Part shown: piece after piece, positions 31,474 through 39,004 of the stretch
How the letters are laid out: each line of letters opens with the position of its first letter
Position numbering within the stretch: position 1 is the stretch's first letter
Source: Alphaproteobacteria bacterium
GTDB taxonomy: Bacteria > Pseudomonadota > Alphaproteobacteria > RF32 > CAG-239
NCBI GenBank assembly: GCA_045593845.1
Contig: JAZNXK010000004.1
Location: 78,296-142,295 of the forward strand
Length of the DNA stretch: 64,000 bases
Reading direction: 5' to 3'
Program-made: the position numbers and the translations under genes
The notes under the pieces: generated by a model
Databases searched by the model: none
The model's input: the letters and a program-made list of their open reading frames with translations, nothing else
Told to the model about the DNA's origin: nothing

Positions 31474-31552
31474 AGCCTTCTGCCTGAAACTTTCTTGCGC
31501 AATTCCCTGCCGCGCCATATCATTTGCCAACTCATTTTCTCTGTTTGTCCAT
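31474..31552 (-). pseudogene. chimeric scrap of the modular toxin family at the left edge of the element
   Basis: About 25 nt match the linker region of 36791..37423. These are joined to ~52 nt near-identical to the module-B region (ENELANDMARQGI) of 39001..39909. Confidence 0.6.
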
Positions 31553-31651
31553 AATGAAAGTCGAAATACCTCAAACAAAAAAAAATACTAAACTTTGTCT
31601 AGATTACAAACTTTGTTTGACATTTATATTTTTACGTCATAAAAAACAAAA

Positions 31652-32008
31652 TTACAGCAACCCTAGCCATCCCACATATAAGGGAAATAAAAATACTAAC
31701 TTAGCTAATCTGGGGTGATTTTTCATATTACTTGTTGCAATCAGAAAAAATAATGCAGAAATAATCAAACTATATTTACAACTTTGCATATACAGTTGTT
31801 GATTTTGGTAATTCCATGCCCCATTTGTAGCTTCACTTCCCCAAATCATATCGTTTATCGCCGGCGGATTGAAATATTCTGACAGTAATAAGGCAAAAAA
31901 TGCCATATCCAAAATAACGAACCATTTAAACTGCCATAGAAGTTTAATGATTTCTGCTATGTTTTGCTTTATATTTTGCATAAATTGACCTACTTGTTCT
32001 CGAAACAT
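31652..32008 (-). CDS. 4-TM membrane protein, paralog of 32066..32437 (candidate immunity protein)
   Basis: Shared blocks with its neighbour: KLLW.FKW, GAWNY.NQ, TSNM.NHP.LA. Confidence 0.6.
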   Translation of the reverse strand: MFREQVGQFMQNIKQNIAEIIKLLWQFKWFVILDMAFFALLLSEYFNPPAINDMIWGSEATNGAWNYQNQQLYMQSCKYSLIISALFFLIATSNMKNHPRLAKLVFLFPLYVGWLGLL

Positions 32009-32065
32009 TGTTTTATTTTAAAGATTGTAACTATGATTAATATTACAACAACATAAAATATCATC

Positions 32066-32437
32066 TTAACTAACCAAAGCAAATAACCACTCACATATTA
32101 TAATAAATGTTCCCAACAACATAACTATCCACGGAGATGCAAATATAATCCTTGCCAACAATGGATGATTGCGCATATTACTGGTACCAATAAGAAATAT
32201 AAGAGTATCAATAATAAAATATAATTTCATACTGCCAATATATACTTCCTGATTGATATAATTCCATGCGCCGCGTACATATTCGTAATGGAATATCGGA
32301 TCATTCTCGGCAGGAATAGCTATTAAAGTATATCCTGAAATAACATAATATATCAAATACAGTCCAACATACCACTTAAACGACCACAAGAGTTTGAAGG
32401 TATCTGATATCGCTTGCTTTACTTTATCTTGAAACAT
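32066..32437 (-). CDS. 4-TM membrane protein (candidate immunity protein)
   Basis: Paralog of 31652..32008, directly downstream of the YkuD-like toxin remnant. Confidence 0.6.
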   Translation of the reverse strand: MFQDKVKQAISDTFKLLWSFKWYVGLYLIYYVISGYTLIAIPAENDPIFHYEYVRGAWNYINQEVYIGSMKLYFIIDTLIFLIGTSNMRNHPLLARIIFASPWIVMLLGTFIIICEWLFALVS

Positions 32438-32516
32438 GTTGTTATCCTAAAGGTTGTAATTACTATATTATATCAACAAAAACAAAAGGCAAGGAATTTT
32501 TCCTTGCCTTACATTT

Positions 32517-32795
32517 TTACCATTCCTTCGGATATTTAACATATACCGGAACAGAATCTTGACAATCATCCAAGTAATTACTTAATTTTCCGGTTTGCCA
32601 CGGAATATCTATACATCCGGCTGAACCTTTACTCCAGCCGCCATGAATGAAAAATCCATTACGCTCATAAGTATTGGTCGCAAAGTTTGGTATTGCAACT
32701 CATCTTGAGCTGTAAATCCGCTTTGGTCAACACCATAGCTATCTATCTCCGTTTTGATACCCGAACGGTGATTGATATTTCCCGAAAAAATCCAT
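32517..32795 (-). pseudogene. degenerate modular toxin: N-module with a frameshifting deletion plus a C-terminal YkuD/Tlde1-like fragment
   Basis: ATG at 32795 gives MDFFGKYQSPFGYQNGDR-stop. A shifted frame gives DSYGVDQSGFTAQDELQYQTLR. A third frame gives NGFFIHGGWSKGSAGCIDIPW..VYVKYPKEW-stop. A minus-strand terminator follows at 32487-32511. Confidence 0.65.
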
Positions 32796-32870
32796 CTTAT
32801 TTTCTCCTTTCCGTAAAAAGACAAAAAAGAGCCGCTAAAAAAAATTCTCAACGGCTCCGCTCCAACGATA

Positions 32871-33689
32871 TTAGCTTGCACTTTCCGGCTTTGCTTTAAT
32901 AAAATAGTTTATTGCCTGATTTATCGGTGTAACATGTTGACTGTTACCATATATCGCACTTGTCGGCGCAACCGCCCCTGTTTTTCCCAAAGTAGGTGCC
33001 GTTGTTGTTCCGTTCAAGCGATAAGAAACAGCTGCCGTAGCACTTGATCCTCCTTCAACTGTCAAATAATTTGAAGCCGTCAAACTGACAAGGTTAGATC
33101 TTCCGTTTTCGTTTGCAGCCAAATAGTGATAGTGAGAAGGAACTGCCGGAATACCCTCTGCCTGCGTCGTATAAATATTTGCGGCCGAATTTCCGCCCAA
33201 ACCACGCAAAAACTTTCCTCTATAATCCGGCACATTAAAAGTTGTAACTCCGTTACCGCTGCCAAAATGAGTACCGATCAAAGCATACAAATCACTATAT
33301 GTCGTTCTGCTAACAGCTTGTCCGTTGCACAAAAGCCAATTACCATGATTTGCCGTTTTTACCGAGGCTTTTATATCTCCCACCGGCTGCAACAAATTCA
33401 AAACCTGCATAATTGCTTCATTAACCCCAACATTCAAGCTGTCCAATTGAGATTTATTTACGGCATCTCCCGACAAAACCCCGTTTGCCAAATTACACAC
33501 CCTGAAGCCGCCGGCATTAACATTTCCTTTCATCGGCACACGCCCGTCGCGCAAAAAAGTCTCATTTAAGGCCTGTGCAAAATTATCATCTTCTTCATCC
33601 GCATGGTCGGTAACAATATCTATATTGTTTATTCTATCCTGCTCCCAGTTATGCATTCTCGTAAATTTTCCTTGTGAATCAAAAGGCAT
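32871..33689 (-). CDS. tail fibre protein with phage tail-collar domain
   Basis: WLLCNGQAVSRTTYSDLYALIG..FNVPDYRGKFLRG is the tail-collar signature. Start at MPFDSQGKF has an AGGAGA RBS. Confidence 0.8.
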   Translation of the reverse strand: MPFDSQGKFTRMHNWEQDRINNIDIVTDHADEEDDNFAQALNETFLRDGRVPMKGNVNAGGFRVCNLANGVLSGDAVNKSQLDSLNVGVNEAIMQVLNLLQPVGDIKASVKTANHGNWLLCNGQAVSRTTYSDLYALIGTHFGSGNGVTTFNVPDYRGKFLRGLGGNSAANIYTTQAEGIPAVPSHYHYLAANENGRSNLVSLTASNYLTVEGGSSATAAVSYRLNGTTTAPTLGKTGAVAPTSAIYGNSQHVTPINQAINYFIKAKPESAS

Positions 33690-33752
33690 TATTTTTCTCC
33701 TAAAAAAGTTATAAAAAAACGGCAAACCTTTTGCCGCACCAAAATTTATTTT

Positions 33753-33983
33753 TTAATTTCTGCAAAGTTCTAATTCTTCGCGTAATTTATTTACCCGCCC
33801 CATCCATTCCCAAAAATTTGCAGCCTCGGCAAGTTCAGCTTTTTCAAGTTCATCTGCCACTTTTTTGCCGGCTATCGGATACATCGGGCAAAAGTCATAA
33901 CTTTCCCTCACGCATGAGCACAAGCAAAGCAGAACGCTCAAGATTAGGCTTGCTGTAAATAGCCGCTTTTTTCTTTTCAACAT
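33753..33983 (-). CDS. candidate o-spanin (outer-membrane lipoprotein)
   Basis: Basic N-terminus, hydrophobic stretch and lipobox-like LCSC. It overlaps the 3' end of the preceding TM-protein gene in another frame. Confidence 0.5.
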   Translation of the reverse strand: MLKRKKRLFTASLILSVLLCLCSCVRESYDFCPMYPIAGKKVADELEKAELAEAANFWEWMGRVNKLREELELCRN

Positions 33984-34101
33984 ATTTAATAACCTCCACC
34001 CTTTTGGTAATAACCTCTGTTTTCGCATGAGAGCGCCCCAAATAATATGCTCCGAAAACCAAAGCACAAACTGCAACCGCAATCACAATTATCTTTGTCA
34101 T
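33895..34101 (-). CDS. candidate i-spanin (N-terminal TM plus charged helix, 68 aa)
   Basis: MTKIIVIAVAVCALVFGAYYLG is a TM segment. The ATG overlaps the stop of the upstream small ORF (TAATG). Confidence 0.5.
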   Translation of the reverse strand: MTKIIVIAVAVCALVFGAYYLGRSHAKTEVITKRVEVIKYVEKKKAAIYSKPNLERSALLVLMREGKL

Positions 34102-34244
34102 TATCCCAACTCGGCAATATTTATACCCAAAGCGCAGATTGCCGCCAAAATTCCCCACAGCAACCAATAAATTTTTCGATGCTGTAAAGATTTTGTAATC
34201 AACCACCGCCAAAACAAATATCGGCAATTTTTATGCTTTTTCAT
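34101..34244 (-). CDS. small single-TM protein (47 aa), possible holin/antiholin-like lysis component
   Basis: Not in the ORF track because it is under 60 aa. AAAGGAG RBS, sequence MKKHKNCRYLFWRWLITKSLQHRKIYWLLWGILAAICALGINIAELG, translationally coupled to the i-spanin candidate. Confidence 0.4.
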   Translation of the reverse strand: MKKHKNCRYLFWRWLITKSLQHRKIYWLLWGILAAICALGINIAELG

Positions 34245-34261
34245 TTTACACTCCTTTCATA

Positions 34262-34291
34262 AAAAATTATAAAAAAAGGAGCCCAAAAGGC
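34262..34291 (-). terminator. intrinsic terminator after the N-module stub
   Basis: On the minus strand, hairpin ggagcc/ggctcc is followed by a T7 run. Confidence 0.65.
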
Positions 34292-34372
34292 TCCGGAATA
34301 AATTTCAATACATCAAACCAGAAAAACTATTCAGCATCTTTTTTCTCTCTATCATCTTTCTTGTTTTGCCAA

Positions 34373-34588
34373 TCATCGAAGAACCAATCCATACTGCGGA
34401 TAATCGTTTTGCGCAATCCCCTGCCGCGCCATATCATTTGCCAGCTCATTTTCTCTGCTTAATCGCAATGTTTGATATTGCAACTCATCTTGTGTTGAAA
34501 ATCCGCTATGGTCAACTCCATAGCTGTCAACCCCATTGTCACCGTTTTGATACCCGAACGGAGATTGATACTTCCCGAAAAAATCCAT
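34373..34588 (-). pseudogene. N-terminal-module-only stub of the modular toxin family (71 aa)
   Basis: MDFFGKYQ...YPQYG followed by LVLR-stop. There is no cargo domain. Confidence 0.7.
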
Positions 34589-34647
34589 TTTATTTATCCC
34601 ATATAAAAAATTTATAAACTTTACTACATACAAATTTCGACATTTTA

Positions 34648-34797
34648 TTGACTTTTTTCCATTAATACGCTATATACAAAGTACCTTAAGGTACTTTTCC
34701 AATAGGAATGAAAACCGAAATCGCCTATTGCGTATCTTACATAGGGTTGACAGCCCTGTGCAAGGAAAAAAGGAAGGCTCTCACAAGAGAGCCTTTT
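34648..34797 (+). ncRNA. candidate small RNA, copy 1 (promoter, structured ~115 nt, terminator), convergent with 34801..35181
   Basis: TTGACT-N17-TATATA at 34648-34676. A CCTTAAGG box starts 8 nt after the -10. Conserved hairpin caatagg/cctattg, a second hairpin, then ggctctc/gagagcc plus TTTT. Confidence 0.55.
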
Positions 34798-34800
34798 AAT

Positions 34801-35181
34801 TTATCTTTTAGGATAATATGTAGTAGAGATAAAATTCTTATCATCTTTCAGCGATGTTACAACTCTTAAATCTCCATTTTTACCCTGCGACATATAAACA
34901 TTTTGACCAAATTGATTTGTTTCTACAGGTTCTTGCTTAATTATTCCTGGTATCCTTTTGACATCACTTCTATTAACACCATGCTTATATATTCCCTTAT
35001 TCAAACCAAAATTTCTAACCGTTCCTGTTTCTCGCCCCAAAGCTTTTCCATGTACAATCACATTTCCGTCTTCCCCTGCTATTGCCTCTCCTCGTTGTAA
35101 CACGACAGGTTCTCCGTTATGGTTTTTCATTTTTGCAATTACATCTGTAGCATTACCTGCAACATAAAAAAATTCTGTCAT
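34801..35181 (-). CDS. stand-alone KHGV-type cargo domain (orphan cassette with its own RBS and ATG, 126 aa)
   Basis: Homologous to the C-terminal ~120 aa of 35357..36400. The first part includes a 96-nt identical tract. Confidence 0.65.
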   Translation of the reverse strand: MTEFFYVAGNATDVIAKMKNHNGEPVVLQRGEAIAGEDGNVIVHGKALGRETGTVRNFGLNKGIYKHGVNRSDVKRIPGIIKQEPVETNQFGQNVYMSQGKNGDLRVVTSLKDDKNFISTTYYPKR

Positions 35182-35185
35182 TTCC

Positions 35186-35343
35186 TTGACTTTTACACCT
35201 TAATATAATATATATGAACTGCCTTAAGGTATTCCTTGCCAATAGGAATGAAATCGAAATCGCCTATTGTGTATCCTATACCCGCCAGATAAGCGGTTAT
35301 AGAGAACAAGGAAGAGGAGTTCTTGAACAAAGAACTCCTTTTA
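35186..35343 (+). ncRNA. candidate small RNA, copy 2, convergent with 35357..36400
   Basis: TTGACT-N17-TATATA at 35186-35214, with the same CCTTAAGG box and conserved hairpin. Hairpin 2 and the terminator (ggagttctt/aagaactcc plus TTTT) keep structure but not sequence. Confidence 0.55.
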
Positions 35344-35356
35344 TATATTTATTGTC

Positions 35357-36400
35357 TTACTTTTCAGGAATATATTTATACATTGAAGATATAGTCCTAT
35401 AATCATCAATAGGAGTTGTAGACAACTTAATTTTTTCATTATTACCAAGAAATCTATAAATGTGTTGATTTCTATTATTTATTTCCAACGGTTCATTTTT
35501 AATATATCTTGGAATTTTTACAACTTCATCTCTTGGAACCCCATGTTTATAAATAATTTTATTTAGTCCATAGTTTCTAGCTGTTCCTGTCGCATGTTGC
35601 AAAGGTCTTCCGCTAACAATCACATTTCCGTCTTCCCCTGCTATTGCCTCTCCTCGTTGTAACACGACAGGTTCTCCGTTATGGTTTTTCATTTTTGCAA
35701 TTACATCTGTACCATTTCCCTCAAAAGGATTTTGGCTCAATTTATCATAAGCTCGCCCTATCTTATATCCTTGATACATCATATTTACAGGCTCATATGT
35801 TGCCGCGCCTATCGTTCCTCCGCTCAACATTCCTCCGCCAAATTCTGCAAGTTTTCCAGTTCCATCTGCTAATGTCCGACTATTTTCGTCCTTTAGATTA
35901 AGATAATCATTCATTTTTGTATCAACTCCGAGTTTATTGCCCAACCAGTCCAAACCTCCGAAAGTCATTCCATTTATGGCTCTGTTCATACCATATAATG
36001 TATCCATACCGCTCATCAACAAACCGTTTTCCATATTCCTATTTTGTTGCTGTGTAAACATATTGCTTTCCTGTTCTTGAGACTGTTGATTCTGTACTGG
36101 CATATTTCTTGCCAAGTTCAGCGCGTTTTGTACTGTCGGACTAAGCTTTGAAATATCATAATTCGTAGCATTTGAGAGATTACTACCCCAAAAATTTGCT
36201 CCATACTGCGGATAATTGTTTTGCGGAATTCCCTGCCGCGCCATATCATTTGCCAGCTCATTTTCTCTGCTTAATCGCAAAGTTTGGTATTGCAGCTCAT
36301 CTTGTGTTGAAAATCCGCTATGATCAACTCCATAGCTGTCAACTCCATTGTCACCGTTTTGATACCCGAACGGCGATTGATACTTTCCGAAAAAATCCAT
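35357..36400 (-). CDS. modular toxin-family protein: N-module plus Q/N-rich linker plus Gly-rich region plus KHGV-type C-terminal domain
   Basis: Full N-module and the ISKLSPTVQNALNLAR linker. Start placed at MDFFGKY (36400). Confidence 0.75.
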   Translation of the reverse strand: MDFFGKYQSPFGYQNGDNGVDSYGVDHSGFSTQDELQYQTLRLSRENELANDMARQGIPQNNYPQYGANFWGSNLSNATNYDISKLSPTVQNALNLARNMPVQNQQSQEQESNMFTQQQNRNMENGLLMSGMDTLYGMNRAINGMTFGGLDWLGNKLGVDTKMNDYLNLKDENSRTLADGTGKLAEFGGGMLSGGTIGAATYEPVNMMYQGYKIGRAYDKLSQNPFEGNGTDVIAKMKNHNGEPVVLQRGEAIAGEDGNVIVSGRPLQHATGTARNYGLNKIIYKHGVPRDEVVKIPRYIKNEPLEINNRNQHIYRFLGNNEKIKLSTTPIDDYRTISSMYKYIPEK

Positions 36401-36452
36401 CTTATTTTTCCCTTCCATAAAAAAAAGAGCCTTAAAAGCTCTTTAATGTATA

Positions 36453-36779
36453 TCAAAATGACTTAATAATCATTATCGTTTCGCTCGGATAATAAAGCAT
36501 AACCAAAACTTCCATAATGAGACAAGGTATTGTAATATATTGCAAGCGAAGTTTATCATCATGTATGCACACACTCCACTTTTTTTGTAACACATAACAC
36601 AAAAACAAAGGATGTACTACCCAGAAACATATATCAAAAATAAATAACACCGGAAAAAATGGTACATAAGCATGCAACCCTATCATAACAGAAAAAGCTA
36701 CAGCAACAAAAAAGGCTACTATAAAATCTAGTACTTTAATTATTGTTTTGTTTTCAGTTGTCTTATTTATATTGTACAT
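36453..36779 (-). CDS. 3-TM membrane protein (candidate immunity protein for 36791..37423)
   Basis: Lies immediately downstream of, and adjacent to, the cassette. Hydrophobic throughout. Confidence 0.55.
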   Translation of the reverse strand: MYNINKTTENKTIIKVLDFIVAFFVAVAFSVMIGLHAYVPFFPVLFIFDICFWVVHPLFLCYVLQKKWSVCIHDDKLRLQYITIPCLIMEVLVMLYYPSETIMIIKSF

Positions 36780-36790
36780 AAATAAACCAC

Positions 36791-37423
36791 TTACCAATCT
36801 TTATTATTCACAGCATCACTAATCTTGTTAGTAATATAATTAACACCTTGTGTCAACACTTTTCGCGTTCCAACACCTGCTCCCCTCGTAAGCGGTAATT
36901 GATTAATTTTCACGCCTACTGTATTTGCAATCCCATTAGCAATCAAATTCGTCCCGAAATCTTTCCAATTTTCGGCATATCCGGCAGAAGCAATACCGGT
37001 ATTTGCGACTGCATTAAGAGCATTATCCATTACTTTCGCACCCTTAAACAACCGCAGCGGCGACATCACTGCACCAGCAAATTCTGCCCCACCATATAAA
37101 TACGGATAGTTTGTGCTCAAGTTATTTTGCAATTGTCTGGCTACATCTCTACCTTTGGTATAGTTGTCGCTATTTCCTGTCAACAAAGCCGATACTCCTC
37201 CAAAAGTTTCATCAAAATTTCCTAACGTTAAACCTGTCGTATATCCAACCGCCGCTGCTTGCGTTGCATCAGCAAAATTTTCTCCCCAATTTTTTACCGT
37301 ATTCCAAGTATTATTTTGCTGTTCTTGCGGCTGGCGGCTTTCTGCCGGAAACTTTCTTGCTAAATTAAGTGCATTTTGCACTGTCGGACTAATACTCGCA
37401 ATATCAATCCCGCCTCCTCTCAA
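36791..37423 (-). CDS. orphan cargo cassette starting at the conserved linker (LRGGGIDIASISPTVQNALNLAR), Gly-rich C-terminal domain
   Basis: No N-module. There is an in-frame stop 11 codons upstream, and only a TTG start at the linker. Confidence 0.55.
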   Translation of the reverse strand: MRGGGIDIASISPTVQNALNLARKFPAESRQPQEQQNNTWNTVKNWGENFADATQAAAVGYTTGLTLGNFDETFGGVSALLTGNSDNYTKGRDVARQLQNNLSTNYPYLYGGAEFAGAVMSPLRLFKGAKVMDNALNAVANTGIASAGYAENWKDFGTNLIANGIANTVGVKINQLPLTRGAGVGTRKVLTQGVNYITNKISDAVNNKDW

Positions 37424-37496
37424 ACTCGCATATTGATAATACCATTGACATCATGATTGTTTATCGCCTCATAAAGCCTAGTCCAATTTTGTTTAT

Positions 37497-37979
37497 TTAA
37501 TCCACCGGTGTTATATTGTAGAGAAATATCAAATATAACATCAAGATTATAATTGGTATTGCAATTATTGCATAAAAAACTTGCAAAAATCTGAAAAAAT
37601 AATACAAAATTTTATTTTTATTCTCAAATAAATAGCTATTCCACAAGTAGAGAATAGCAAAAAAGAATAACAATCTGTTAAATATAATCAATATGAGTGT
37701 AAACAAATCAATTTCTGTTGCATTGTTTATTAAGCCTCCCATTTCTAAAAAGATATTTATTCCAAAAGAAGATAAGATAAAAAATATCGAAAATAAAATA
37801 TTAAAGCAAAAATTTTTATAATCACTATAATTTATCCAATATCCGAACCATATCTTTTGAAATAATAGTGGAACAATTATTCCTACATATACAACCTCTT
37901 CTATAAAACCGACAAAAGCAAAAGGCTCAATTAGAATTGTTAAAAATAAAAGTAAAGAAAGCAAATATTTAACAAACAC
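37497..37979 (-). CDS. 5-TM membrane protein (candidate immunity protein for 38063..38476)
   Basis: Very hydrophobic 160-aa ORF with a GTG start, downstream of the glycine-zipper toxin. Confidence 0.55.
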   Translation of the reverse strand: MFVKYLLSLLLFLTILIEPFAFVGFIEEVVYVGIIVPLLFQKIWFGYWINYSDYKNFCFNILFSIFFILSSFGINIFLEMGGLINNATEIDLFTLILIIFNRLLFFFAILYLWNSYLFENKNKILYYFFRFLQVFYAIIAIPIIILMLYLIFLYNITPVD

Positions 37980-38062
37980 TTATTATCCTCCATAATATAG
38001 ATCAAGATAATAAATGAAAAGGTACAAACAGTCAACTTATTTATACATTTCTCATAGATATG

Positions 38063-38476
38063 TTATTTTTCAAATTTTATTGGATTACTTAATAATAAAT
38101 TGCAAGTTTCAGGAACATTATATCTACCAGCAATATATCCTGCCGTAGCTCCGATAAAATCATTTTTCAAATCTTTTTTAGCATCCCCGAGTACCCCTAA
38201 TATACCTCCATATGCCACCCTTTTTTGAGGATCAGCAATTTTATCTTTAGTATCTTGCATTTCTTTATACAACCCTCCTGCTAAAGTTTCTGCAGTAGCC
38301 AATAATCCATCTGTTGAGCCAATACAACTTACATACTGATGTTTATTCACATCCGATATATCAAATTGCAGCTCATCTTGTGTTGAAAATCCGCTATGAT
38401 CAACTCCATAGCTGTCAACTCCATTGTCACCGTTTTGATACCCGAACGGCGATTGATACTTTCCGAAAAAATCCAT
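38063..38476 (-). CDS. modular toxin-family protein: 36-aa N-module fused directly to a glycine-zipper-rich C-terminal domain (137 aa)
   Basis: MDFFGKY..STQDELQ followed by AGGLY..AYGGILGVLGDA..IGATAGYIAG. Confidence 0.7.
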   Translation of the reverse strand: MDFFGKYQSPFGYQNGDNGVDSYGVDHSGFSTQDELQFDISDVNKHQYVSCIGSTDGLLATAETLAGGLYKEMQDTKDKIADPQKRVAYGGILGVLGDAKKDLKNDFIGATAGYIAGRYNVPETCNLLLSNPIKFEK

Positions 38477-38554
38477 CTTGTTTTTCCTTATATAAAAAGT
38501 TTGACAATGTTCGAAAATAAATTTAACCTCTCTTTGTTCTAAAGGAGATAATTC

Positions 38555-39004
38555 ATGAAGAAAATTTTAGTGCTTGTCATTTTACCTTTAATCTATTGCC
38601 TTAATGTTTCTGCTGCAGAAAAAAATATTGATATCCTTGAAAAGGAATTTATAGATTGCGCAGATAGTTGGGAAAAACATGAACAAAAATGTCCGGAATC
38701 ATGGAGTATGAAATGTTATAATCACTTAATGACTGCTCATAAAAATACTCAACAATGCTTTCAAAAAGTTGCAGTAAAATTGTTCACAAATTTCTACGAG
38801 TTATCTGAAAAAGAAGCAAATAAAAAGATTGATGATTTTCTCAAATTCACCTATGACCAATATTTCTTCATTTTTGCCGAAACCGATTTTTGCAAAAAGA
38901 ATAATTGCGGCCTCTCAATATATTTATATAGCGAATATGTAACCACTGACCAATTACGATATTATGTAAACAAAATAATTAGGTCTATATCTGCCAGAAA
39001 TTAA
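38555..39004 (+). CDS. secreted Cys-containing helical protein, possible LprI/DUF1311-like lysozyme inhibitor (candidate immunity protein)
   Basis: AAGGAG RBS and signal peptide ..LNVSA/AE. Convergent with the GH108 cargo gene, overlapping it by 4 nt. Confidence 0.6.
   Translation: MKKILVLVILPLIYCLNVSAAEKNIDILEKEFIDCADSWEKHEQKCPESWSMKCYNHLMTAHKNTQQCFQKVAVKLFTNFYELSEKEANKKIDDFLKFTYDQYFFIFAETDFCKKNNCGLSIYLYSEYVTTDQLRYYVNKIIRSISARN

Noticed and set aside
35214-35402. A 62-aa plus-strand ORF as a possible protein immunity gene for the KHGV-type toxin.
   Set aside because: Its ATG lies inside the predicted -10 box and it has no RBS. It reads through a terminator hairpin. The homologous region at 34.7 kb has a 1-nt indel that destroys the frame, so only the short peptide EIAYCVSY would be shared.
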